NCBI GenBank assembly: GCA_001643675.2
Contig: LSRY02000035.1
Location: 620,001 to 684,000, forward strand
From: Monocercomonoides exilis PA203
Lineage: Eukaryota > Protista > Preaxostyla
Reading direction: 5' to 3'
Length of the DNA stretch: 64,000 bases
The notes under the pieces were generated by a model, which saw only the letters and a list, made by a program, of their open reading frames with translations, had not been told where the DNA came from and searched no databases. A program made the translations under genes and the position numbers. Positions 11,388 through 22,070 of this stretch are shown one piece after another (position 1 is the stretch's first letter; the number at the start of each line of letters is the position of its first letter).

Positions 11388-14300
11388 ATGCGAAAATCTA
11401 TTCCTCCCAATGCTACAATTCCTTCAAATTTTCTTGACGTGTATTTAACATGCCCAATATGCTTGAATATACTAGTTTGAAATGACTTTATTTCATATTC
11501 TTATTGCTATTCTATATGATTAAAATATTCACTTTTTCAAGGATAAACCTGTTGCTCTGAGGGCGTGCATGTTTGCAGACAATTGAATTTGTTTCTTTAA
11601 TAATTTATCTGAAATATTATTTTTCAGGCATCGTTTTTGCGAATCTTGTGTCAAAACATCAACACAGCAAAGCCGAATAGGGTATGAAAAAAAAAAATAG
11701 AACAAATAAATTAGCCATCCATTTTATTGCTTTTGCTGCATACATTTGTGCTGATATTAAATAGAAAGAAGAGATGCCCCTCATGCCGCGCTATTGTGAC
11801 ATCAACTAGAGATATGCATCGTGACTATGGACTTGAGGCTTTAATTCGTCAAATGCATCCAGATCTAATGACATATAGAGCAACATATTGCCGCATGCCA
11901 AGCTGTATGCTTGTTTTCTTTTTGAATTTTCGATTAATTCTTGTGTTTTCAATACTTAATAAAAGTAATAAAAACAGTACGATTGATAATTATTGAATAG
12001 TTTTAAATCATTCAATCATTCCCTTATATTTTAACTTTATTAAAAAACTTCTTTTTCAGAGGAGTATAACTCAAAGCGGAGGTTCTTCCCTAATTCAAGC
12101 AAAGTCCAAAAAATCAAGTTCAACAAATTTAGCTACTCAAAAGGAACGATTGGAAAAACTAAAGAAATTTTCAAAATTTCTCGATGCAGATTTGTTTGAA
12201 ACGCTGAATCAATCTTTGAAGACGATGGGAGCAAACGAAGAGTCGAAACTTTCTCATGAACACCAACTGGAAGGGATGATAGGAGGTATGGAGATCACAA
12301 CACCTGAAGAAGAAACAAAAAATGATAGTGACAGTAGCGATGCGCAGGATGTGGTGATGGTGGGAGATAGCATAAGCGGCTACAGTGGAGAGATGTTCAA
12401 GAACACAAAAGATTTTCCAATGAAGAAAGGGAAAATGAATCCAATGAAAACAAAAGGCAAAAGCAGCAAAAGTGAAGAGGCCACTTCTCCAGATATTTTC
12501 AATGGTCTGCTCTCAATTATACAAAAGACCTTTATTTTTTGTCTTGTTTTTGATTTTTGATCGTTAATCAATTTTTCATTGTGAATGACAATTTCAAAAT
12601 TTTCAATTAAAATGCAAACAGCTTGGGCACGAACTGTTAAAACGAAAGGTTCAAACAAAAAAACTAGTTTGGTGACAAAACCCATCAAATCCAAAAAGGG
12701 AAGAAAGCCAAAAATAGCGAGCTTGTTAAATACGAAGAAAACAGATCAAAGCGAAAATCAATTGTCATCTTCTGATAGTTCATTACCAACATTATCGAGG
12801 GCATCTTCGTTGCATTCGACCATCAAAAAAAGGAAAAATTCAGACGAAGGAGAGAAAAAAGCGAAGAATCAGAATCAAGCTTTGAACGAAGCGGAAGAGA
12901 AAGAGAAAAAGGAAGAAGACGATTTCTTGACGCAGATAGATTTTTGGTTCAGTCAGTCCCAGCCTTCACTCACCACAGGACTTTCAAGCTTCGATGAGAA
13001 AAAAACCGATGAAAATGCGTTTGGAACTCGGACATTAAGCAAAGTTTCATCGTTCAGTCGACCTAGTCGGCAGGGGACTGTTCGTGACACGCTATTTGAC
13101 GAGTCGTTTGAGAGAGATTTGAATGATGTGATGGGCAACCTGTCTTTTGGGCCAACGCAGTCGCTGAGCATGCATTTGAGTGGAATCGGATTGGATGAAG
13201 ACAAAAGAAAAGACGAGGAAAGAGGCATTCTTAAAAAAGGAAGTACAATTGTGTTGCCACAGACGAATTATGAGGAAAAGAAGGAGAGTTCAGCTCATTT
13301 AACAGCAGACCTCAATAAAGATATTAAGAGCACTCAGGAAGAAGAAAGAAAGAAACATTTAAGCAGAAGTGAATCTGATGGTAAAAAGACTGAAAGAGAA
13401 AAGATATCAGCTGCAAAAGAAAACGCATCAAAGATAATTTCAAATGAAAAAGTTGGTGAAGATTCAAAAGAACTTGATTCTTCAAATACAAGCGCAAAAT
13501 CCTCTTCTGCCCCAAGCGAAGAGAAAGGCTTGCAGGATATGTTGAGCCAGCTCTCTGAAGAAGACGAGAAGCGCAAAAGACTATCGAGCTCAGTCACTCG
13601 AGCTCGTTCATCGTTGAACACCAATCAGACTCCAACGAAGACAGACAGACCTCTCAACGAACAAGCAGCATCGCCAAAGTCTCCAAATGAGCTCAGCTTT
13701 TTCAGCCGCTCCCGCTCGCTGGCGTCAAAAGTGACTTCTCTTTCTCCTTCTCTGCACAAATCTGTTTCTTATGCATCGATTTTTTCACCAATGCATTCTC
13801 CAAACTTTGAAGCATCGCCTCGTGCCTCGCCAGTGATCTCTCCGATGTTTCCTCCTCCGCTGCCCTTAAAGCACTCACGCTCTCTTACCATTCTGTCGTC
13901 CTGCTTGCCAAACTCACCTGTTTCTGTGAAGCTAACATTCAAAAAGCCTGTTGACGATGAAGCAGACAATGTTTCGTTTGCCTCTCCTTCACCATCCTCA
14001 CCAAGCACAGGAGACAAACAAAAGCGCTTTTCTCTTAAAAAGGGAGCTGCACATACAACCACGCCAGCACTTACTCCACAGCACTCCCCTGTAGTTAGTC
14101 CAACTCGTTCTCCTTATTTATCAAAAGAGGTGCCAATTTCTCCATCTCTGCTTCCTGCTTTGGCTTCTCCTCAGCAGCAACGCAAGCCAACTGTTGCAGC
14201 ATCAACAGAATCAGCTGGCTCTTCTCCAAATGAAATTGCCTCTCCTTTGCCTGCTGAGATAAATAGAAATGGGCAGCAAGTCCTTGAAGTGGAGCTTATT

Positions 14301-16223
14301 CACAAGAAGTCTCCCCACAAAGCTGATGAATTGCAGGAAGTCGCTTCGTCGTCTGTCGACTTGCCCTTTCCGTGTGCTGTTCCTCTGTCAACGCGCTCTT
14401 CTTTGGGTGCGCCGCCAGCGCAGACATATTCAGTTGATGATCCAACTTTTTGGAAGGTTGAAGTGGCTTCGGAAAGCGGAAAAGTAGAAGAGGCAGTTAA
14501 TCTCCTTTCTGTTTGCTCATCTCATTTGACGAAGATGCACACTATCAAAATTGGGCAGAAAAATGTTAGAAAAGATGGAAATGAGGAAGAGGAAGAGGAA
14601 GAAGAGGATCATGTTGATGTTCCAAGGAAAGAGAAACAAGCTAATAGAAGCATCAATATCTCGGAAGCTGTTGAACCTGCATTTGACAAAGCAGAAATAA
14701 ATATGAATACTCATTCAAACACGAGTGAAGAAAAAGATGAAAGTGGAGACAAAGAGAATGTGACAAGTGAAAACGTCAAAACAGAAGAGGATAAAATGAA
14801 TGGTGGAAACCTCAAAGATAAAATGGAAAAGATGAAAAATGAAAAAAATCCGAACGAAAAAATGACAATTTGTCAATCAAATCAAATTCAACAGACTTTG
14901 CAAAAGACAAAAGCAGATTATGAAATTCATGCAACAAAAGGCTCATTTGATGCGTCCTCGGAGCATTCTTCACTTTCTTCACAATCAGTTCGTACAAGCA
15001 AAAATAATACCGGTAAACACATCACATCATCAAAGACGGAGCATGCAAGCAACATGAAACTTTCATCGGATGATGTGAAATATTCCCCTCAGAAAGTTGA
15101 AGGTCAAATTTCTGATAATTCATCTCACCAATCTCCACACGACTCTTCGATTTCTTCTTCTTCTTCTTCTTCTTCTTCTTCTTCTTCTTCTTCTTCTGTC
15201 ACTCCCCCTTCTTATTCAATGCCAAGCGCAACCACTTCACTTTGTCTGCTGTCATTCATTTCAAATTTTATGGATTATTATTTCCCTCTTTCTCAGACTA
15301 CTCGGAGCATCGGCTCAATTGCCTTCAGCCGCAGCGATGTGGCTAGCCGCGAAGATGCGCATGGAACAAAAGAAGGTCACAGCAAACATGCAAAACAAGA
15401 AAGACATCAACCAGAAGAATTGGATGGAGCAGATGAAAAAGGCAGTAAAATGACAAGCTCCAACGACGATGAAGAAAGCAAAAGAGATGGATCTTATTCC
15501 CCTACTCGGAGGAAGCTTACCACATTCTATTTGAAGAGAGATCAGGAAGACCACGATTTGTACAGCCAGACTTCAGAATTTGACCTATCACAAGTTCATT
15601 CAACCACTTCTTTTAGCAACTATTCAGCTTCTTCTGCTTCTTCTGCTTCTGTCTCATCTTCTTCCTCCTCTTTAAATCCGAATTATTCATCACCAGCTTC
15701 TCGTCCATCGCAGCCCTCTGGCCAAACTCCATTCACTTCGCGCACTTCGCCAGAGCCCAATCTGTTTTCTCAGCAATTTCCTCCTCTCTGCTCATCGGCT
15801 GATCCATTCTTGTCGTTTATCCTTATGCGCAACCCAAGAGACATTCAAATGTCTCATTTTGCTCCAATTCCGATGTGTGCCCCTTCTTCAGCCTCGCTCT
15901 CACAATTGACACCTTTGATCCAGTCACGTATAAACCAAGCACATGCACAATCCAAATCAGAAGCGAAGATGTTTGGAAAGAAAAGCGAACAGAAAACGAA
16001 GTCAAATAAAGACAGCAGTAATTTGTTGAATTCTTCTTCATCGGATTTTTATTCAACCGCACCTATGTCTTCTACGTTCGCATTTTCTTTGAAATCCAAT
16101 GATGGAGTTCTTCATAAGCTCAATTCTTCATTTCCTATTGGAGTAATATTTGCTTTGTATGGACCGAAAAAATCCTTCAGAACAAAGGAATCTGCATTAA
16201 AAATATTAGTCGGAATAAAATAA
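11388..16223 (+). CDS. RING1/RNF2-like C3HC4 E3 ubiquitin ligase, multi-exon, with a long Ser-rich low-complexity C-terminal exon
   Basis: Spliced exons 11388-11474, 11542-11570, 11628-11681 and 11765-~11904 (GT-AG) give TCPICLNIL-DKPVALRACMHRFCESCVKTSTQQSRIG-KKRCPSCRAIVTSTRDMHRDYGLEALIRQMHPD. This matches the RING1 pattern CPICL..L..T....C.HRFC..CI...LR.G.K.CP.CR....S.R.LR.D....ALI...YP. Joining to exons ~12060-12503 and ~12622-16223 is inferred; one junction phase was not resolved. Confidence 0.7.
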
Positions 16224-16352
16224 GGTTGTTAAATTATTTTATTCCGTTTAATGGATACATCTTATTGTCTTTTAACGTTCTCCATTTTTTTCTTTTCGCT
16301 GACAATTCATTTTGTGAGATAATAAAAATGTTTATGGTTAGAGACAAAAAAA

Positions 16353-18620
16353 ATGTCTTTGTCTCTAAAGATTAAAGACGTTTCAAAATTAGAAAATGCT
16401 ATTTTAGAAACTCCTAGTTTTGTTGGGTATTTCACTCAGTTCGAACAGGATTCTAAAACAACAGTTTATCCATTTGATTTGAGTTCATTGCATTCATTCA
16501 AAAACCCCCCTCTTGGTGCTTCGCTTAACAAAAATTTACCTCAACGCTTCACTGAAAAACCATTGGCAACGGATAGTTCAAATCTACTGATCCAATTTGC
16601 GAACCTATTTGGCGTTAATTTGAATGATATTGATTTTGTTGCAAGACGAAATCCTCTTCTTTATGTTTGCAAACGAATTACGTTAACATATTTTTTTCTA
16701 ATTTTGATGCATTTATAAAAAGCTGATGAAAGCTCCTTATATTGATGATGCTTTTGAAATTCAAGCATCTTTAAAAGATGGAAAAATACATTTAGAAACA
16801 ATACCTCCGAGTCTTTGGGAAACCCCACGAGAAGAATTTTCCAGCTCTCATCAATACGAGTACTATGGGCATGCATTAGGAATGATTTTTCGATTATTCA
16901 TCATTTTTTTTAAAATTCTTTGATAGCCGTCGTTTCGAAATTATATGTTCTGAAAGCTCTTCTCCAGCTTTACAACCTTGGGGATCTCCTGCAAAGTCGT
17001 TTTTCACCGTAAATAGAACAAGAATCACAATGAGCGGAAAAAGTTTTGGGGTTTACAAAAGTTCAATTTTAATGAAATCTTTCAAAAAGATGGATGAATT
17101 TCTTTTGTCTATTTTGCACTTTAACAAAGTAGATTTTGATGAGCTGCGAACTAGACACATATGATAAAAGAAAAGATTTGAAAATAAAACGCGAAAGCGA
17201 AGCAATGCGAACTATTGAAGAAAATGATAGAAGTGAAAAAGAGATTTTTGAATTAGAGAAACAAATGTTTGAAATGTCAATAAAAGAAACAAGCGAAGAT
17301 TCAACAGTGCATGACTCATCTTCTGCTACACCTTCATCCACTCCTTCTGTTGAAAGCGATCCAATTTTAGCTCAGTGTGTAACACTTCGCGAGAATTTAC
17401 TCAGAAATTTACCTCAGCTTGACTCAATGATGGAACTGAAACTGACAAGGAAAAACGATACAGAATCTCATTTAAATACATTTCTAGGGTTTGTCTGTGA
17501 ATTATTGCGATAAATGCAGATATTGATTAAAAGATTCAGCTTTGAGAGGATGCAAGCTTTTTTTCTGTTAATGATTGTAGAAGAATTAAATTATTATAAG
17601 AAAAAGCAAATGTGATATTTTATGATTTTTGTTGTTTTTAAAGGAACTTTTTTTATTTTGTATTTTTTTTTTATTTTTTATTTTTTTCTTTTGTATATTC
17701 ATTATTTCTGTTTTTGCATTTTTTGTTTAATTTTCTTTGAATTCTTTTTATCTCAGCAAAAAACTTTTGAGCACATTTTCTCAAATGCACATTTCCGGTA
17801 TTCCTACTGCTTTTTATGGTTTTCGAGATCCAAGGGGCATTCTTATTTCAACAAAAGAGTACAAAACTTCACAAATCCCAAAAATGTGCCAGAAATATTG
17901 GGTATGTTTCGAAAAAAAATATGCACTAATAATTTTGTAATCTTTATTATTATTTGACGCATTAATTATTTTAAATTAACTTTAATCAAAATGTGCTGAA
18001 CGAAAATTTTCAAGAAGGAAAATGTGCTGCGGGGATCGCTTTTTCTCTGTCTCGAATGGATAAAGCTTTTGTTTCATTCAAAACTCCATTTACTTTCTTC
18101 TTCATCTGCTTCACAATCATCTTTACAATTACAGATGCATTCACAAAAATGCATGTGTTCAATTCCATCCTCATCCTCATCTTCGTCTTCGTCCTCATCC
18201 TCATCTTCGTCCTCATCCTCATCTTCGTCCTCATCCTCGTCTCCGTCTCCACCCTCGCCGCACTCTTTTCCCGAAGTTTCTCCATCTTTATCTCTTTCTC
18301 CTAATTCATCAGAATCTTCCTTTTCAGATCAAGAGCATTCATTATCTTCCTTTCCATCTTTTCCATCTATTTCAGCGACTGTTCGACAATTACCAAATTT
18401 ATCTTTTCATCTTCGTTTTGATCCATTTTTAAGAACCTTGAATGTTGTGGATGAAGATGATGATTGCACTATCGAACAAAAGAAAATAATGCGACGTGCC
18501 ATTCATCCGATGATATCTCTCGATCATTTGCCTTCTTTTATTTCTGAAAGGTATCATTGTCTATTCGACAAGGAGAAAGTTATAGAAAAAGAAATAAAAA
18601 CTATGTTGAAAACATCGTAA
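16353..18620 (+). CDS. DXO: DXO/Dom3Z/Rai1-family decapping and 5'-3' exoribonuclease, 6 exons
   Basis: Exons 16353-16664, 16723-16868, 16927-17050, 17133-17488, 17757-17901 and ~18015-18620 join in frame. Family motifs: DFVARRNPLLYLMKAPY, YYGRRFE, FTVNRTRI, LMSCELD, MELK, KKLLSTFSQMHISGIPTAFYGFRDPRG. Confidence 0.85.
18167..18245 (+). repeat. Coding minisatellite (TCCTCATCCTCATCTTCG)n giving poly-Ser in the last DXO exon
   Basis: An 18-bp unit is repeated about 4 times. It explains the spurious LILIFV and MRMRTK ORFs in other frames. Confidence 0.85.
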
Positions 18621-19501
18621 ATTATAAATTTTAAGTTTTTTGCTTTTTTAAAATATAAATCAAAAACGAAAAAAAAATTCAATTTTTTATGATTTATCGA
18701 TAATTGAAATTTCGATAACTTTAAATGAATTGAAAATTGAACATATTTTCGAATGAATTAAGTTGATTGAAACTAAACACCATTTAATATTCAAATTCGG
18801 TTAACTTCTTATTCAAAAAATATCAAATTGAGTATTTTTTTTAAGAAATTTTTTGTGAAAAATTGGTTTTTTGCTGAGTATCGGAAAATGACAAAAAATA
18901 TTTTATTATTTCATTTCTCACAAAAAGGATGAGTGTTCGAACCTATATTTTTATCGTTTGTGAAAATACACAAAAATTTACTTCTTTTTCAGAAAAAAAC
19001 CATCATCTTTGAAATCAAATAATTTTTGGTGAAAAGAGAATCAACCTTCATTTTTGATCTTGATATAAACTTTTTCAATCAAAAATTAATAATATTAATA
19101 CACATATAAATACATCATATACATGAATTTATTGCATTATTAAACACAAAAAGCAGAACTTTTAAATCCTTTGATCAATGTTGTTTAGAAAAAAAGGTTT
19201 AATAATTTCTTGTTTTTTTTCTTTTCAAGAGCGTGCAGAAAGATAAAGTTGAATCATCGATATGTTTTCAAATGTTAAATGACAATAGTGCTGTTTAGAA
19301 TGGTTTTGAACTCAAATTCTTGATTGTGCCAAAACAAAGTGCAGTTTTTGTGGTTTATTTATGTTTCTTAAAAGAGAATAAATATCATCACTAATTCTTT
19401 GCTGCCTCAATTGGAAAAGAAGAAAATCACTATTTTCCAATATTAAAAATTATCATTCACAATTGAGGATTTTAAATTTTGGATGTGACTGATTTATCTT
19501 T

Positions 19502-19585
19502 TTAATAAAGACGCAGTGAGACAGGTTTGTTCGGAGAAAATGAGTATTGATTTGAAGTTTGGGTGGTTTGAGTGAAAAACTTCAC
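19502..19585 (-). repeat. DIRS right (3') inverted terminal repeat
   Basis: The + strand taataaag..acgca..caggtttg.tc..aatgagtattgatttgaagtttgggtggttt is homologous to the reverse complement of 25465-25556 (taataaag...acgca..caggtttgctcc..aatgagtttgatcttaaacaatgggtggttt). Confidence 0.8.
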
Positions 19586-19796
19586 CCTCTCCAAAATGAC
19601 GTGGAAAAAAGGGCGAGATAAAATACAAAACAATAACATTAAAATTAAGAAATAAATAAATAATGCATTGTCCGCTTCACTTCACCACAGACTTCGCCTT
19701 TTCGCCTTGGTCACGAAGACCAGAGGGCAGGGGACATGCCCCTCGGAGCTCTTTCCTGCAGGCTGTGCAGGGATCCGGTGAGGCGAGTATTCTTGG

Positions 19797-19849
19797 AGCA
19801 GAAAGAAAAACCACTCTCGCTTCCGCGTGGCGTGGAAAAGAAAACTGCT
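19797..19849 (-). ncRNA. ENE-like U-rich internal-loop (triple-helix) RNA motif in the DIRS 3' region
   Basis: The minus strand reads AGCAG-UUUUCUUUU-CCAC-gcca-CGC-GGAA-GCG-aga-GUGG-UUUUUCUUU-CUGCU. This gives a 5-bp lower stem, two opposed 9-nt U-rich strands each with one C, a 4-bp upper stem and a GNRA-capped apex. Confidence 0.6.
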
Positions 19850-20156
19850 TGTGCAGCGCTCTGGCTCCCGCTTCTCTGTTGCATCAGCAGAGCAACCTCA
19901 ATCATTACCCACTGTTTGGACTGCTCTGAATCTTCTGTGTTAAACACAATCGTTATCGTGTTAAGGAGAAAGCTTTGATTAAAACTGTTTATTCATTCCC
20001 TGTTTCTCAATACAGGTTAAAGGTGCACCAAATCTTTCTGGACGGTTACTCGTTTCTTCTCTCTTCTGCTGTCTCGCCTTTTTTCTTGTCATCTCCCCAC
20101 ACACTTCTGGCTCCCACTCGCACCACTCAGCCTATCGTCTCTCCATCGGCATTCCT

Positions 20157-20253
20157 ATTATCTCGGAGCAAACCTGTCTCACTGCGTATTTATTAATTCG
20201 TTATGGAGCGAATCTACGAACGCAAGGAGTAGGTTTGCTCCTCAATAATGAGT
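20157..20253 (-). repeat. DIRS internal complementary region (ICR), two abutting halves
   Basis: 20157-20196 is an inverted copy of 19502-19541 (36/40 nt). 20207-20253 is an inverted copy of 25503-25549 (44/47 nt). The + strand reads as the predicted circle junction ...gcgtatttattaa|ttcgttatggagcgaatc... Confidence 0.88.
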
Positions 20254-20675
20254 CTCGAAATCCTTTCTTTCTCAGTGCACGTGATCCAAAACCCCTTTTC
20301 TAGCACGCTCTAGTGCGGCGGATGAGTTGAGAGCGTGCGAATAACGATGCAGCACTCCTGCTCTCCATCCCACCTCTCTTGGGATATTTTTGTGGCGACA
20401 CCGGTCTGGCCCCTGCATTTTCCGTGTCATTCCCTATCTGTCCAAAACTTCTTCCGCTACGCTTCTTCCGATCTTTGCCTCTCTTCTTCAGTGGAGTTGT
20501 GTTCTTCCCTCCAGTCAGCTCACAGATATTGTTGGGGATTATGGAGGGTGTTTTCCGAAGCAAGGGTGGTCTGGATGAGGAGTTCTGTGACAAAATTATT
20601 TCTCTTTGTATTCTCTCTTCTCAAAGCTTAAAGTCTCGTTTCTTTGGCCGCTTTCTCCTTCCTCATATCTTATTC

Positions 20676-22070
20676 TCACCCAGTTTCTGATGTCTTTTCA
20701 GTGCAATCTTTCATCTCTGAATTTGCTTTCTCGAGCCTCCTATCCTTCGATTCTCCACTCTTATCTGGCTTGTTATCTTCTCCCATCTGAGGTACTTGTC
20801 TCCCTATTGTCTCCAGGATCCATTTTATGTCTTGTACCGGTAACATGGTGTAATATTCCTGGGCCACTCTCGAACCCTGCGCCCATCTCGCGTACGCATT
20901 GATCGCCTTCCAGTCCGCTCCTTCTTGTCTTGCTAAGTATGTAATCACTGCTTGTCTTATAGATTTGGCGGTAAATGTGTCTGGTATTCCGTTTTCTCTC
21001 AGGACAGCCACTAATTCTTCTTTAATTCTCTGCAAGTTTGCAGGCTTGCTCCCTTCTATGTCAAACCACACATGTTCGTCTTTAAAAGTTGTCTTTGTAT
21101 AGTACATCCAGCGTTGAAGCGCTTCCACTGCATCAATTCGTGGATTCGGATGTTTGTTTATAATAATTTTGATAACCTTATTTCCAGACATCTTGGTTCG
21201 AACTTGTGTCTGGACCGAATTGTCTTTAAATATCGTTGTATAACTTCTCATTCTCTCCAGCTCTGCTGGTCTAAAAGCACCGAAAATCATGGTTAGGATG
21301 AGGGCTCTCCTCTGGAGGATTTGTGGGTCCGTCATATCGTGGGCGGCTTCTGCCCATTTGGTGATTATCGTGAAATCCCACATCGTCTTGTACCGTTTGC
21401 CCTTTCTCTGCTTATCTCCCACATAAGTGTTTTGAATTATTTCTATGTCCTTTCGATCAATCTTGGATTCCCTAAAAAGGTTAATGGAATCCAGTTCTTT
21501 TCGTACTGTCTGATGAATTACTCCACTCGAGATGTTCGTATTCGAGAGTGTTTCGGTGAACTCTGCCATAATCCATTTGGCATCTTTGGTTGTGAGGGGG
21601 TCAGTGTCATCCATGCTCTCTCTTTCCAAGAATTATTTAAATCTTCGCAGCGATCTCCACGTGTCTCTTTCGCTCTTTTGATTTATAAGTATTGCTGCTG
21701 ATATATCTTTTGCTCCAACGTATTCTCCACATGTGAGGAAGAGGTCCCTTCCTGGGATATTTTCCTCTCCAGTATAACGCTTATTACCTCTCCTGGGGGT
21801 AGTTTCCAGCCTTCCCTTCTCATCTTCGCTCCCGGAATCATGCACTCCTGAAAGGTCCCCAGGGTCTTTATGGAATGCCCAGGCTGCAGCAGCGGGGTCC
21901 AGGTCTGCCCCCGCCAGGCCGGCAGAATCAGAATTGTTAGTTCCATCAAAGCTTCCTTCATCTTCTCTTTCAGGGTCCGTCCAATGTTTCTCAGGAACGG
22001 GTGGACTAGCACTATGTCGTCTTCTGGTGTTTCTCTCTCTCTCCTCCTTCTCACGGAGGATAGTCTCCAA
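20676..22070 (-). pseudogene. DIRS tyrosine recombinase ORF; catalytic domain 20676-21629 is open, and the upstream extension overlapping pol is cut by an in-frame stop at ~21633
   Basis: YR motifs: GAFRPAEL (R), RTKM (K), AKSIRQA (HxxR box with H replaced by K), YARWAQGS (W), QEYY (Y). ORF 21633-22070 is in the same frame. Confidence 0.85.

Noticed and set aside
12-18620. Functional cluster of TRRAP, RING1 and DXO
   Set aside because: Adjacent co-oriented genes are expected in a compact eukaryotic genome, and nothing in the sequence indicates co-regulation.
19502-20196. A separate 700-bp non-autonomous element or MITE abutting the DIRS element
   Set aside because: Its inverted repeats are better explained as right ITR plus one ICR half. 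The other ICR half abuts exactly and matches the left terminus, which is the canonical DIRS1 layout.
19691-20345. Hammerhead, HDV-like ribozyme or tRNA gene in the DIRS 3' region
   Set aside because: There is no CUGANGA paired with GAAA around a stem II. GCGAAT at ~20337 lacks the P1/P1.1/P3 context, and there are no tRNA D-loop or T-loop consensus sequences or a 7-bp acceptor stem.
19663-20690. Short ORFs in the DIRS 3' region
   Set aside because: They have no motifs, overlap in several frames and coincide with structured non-coding sequence.
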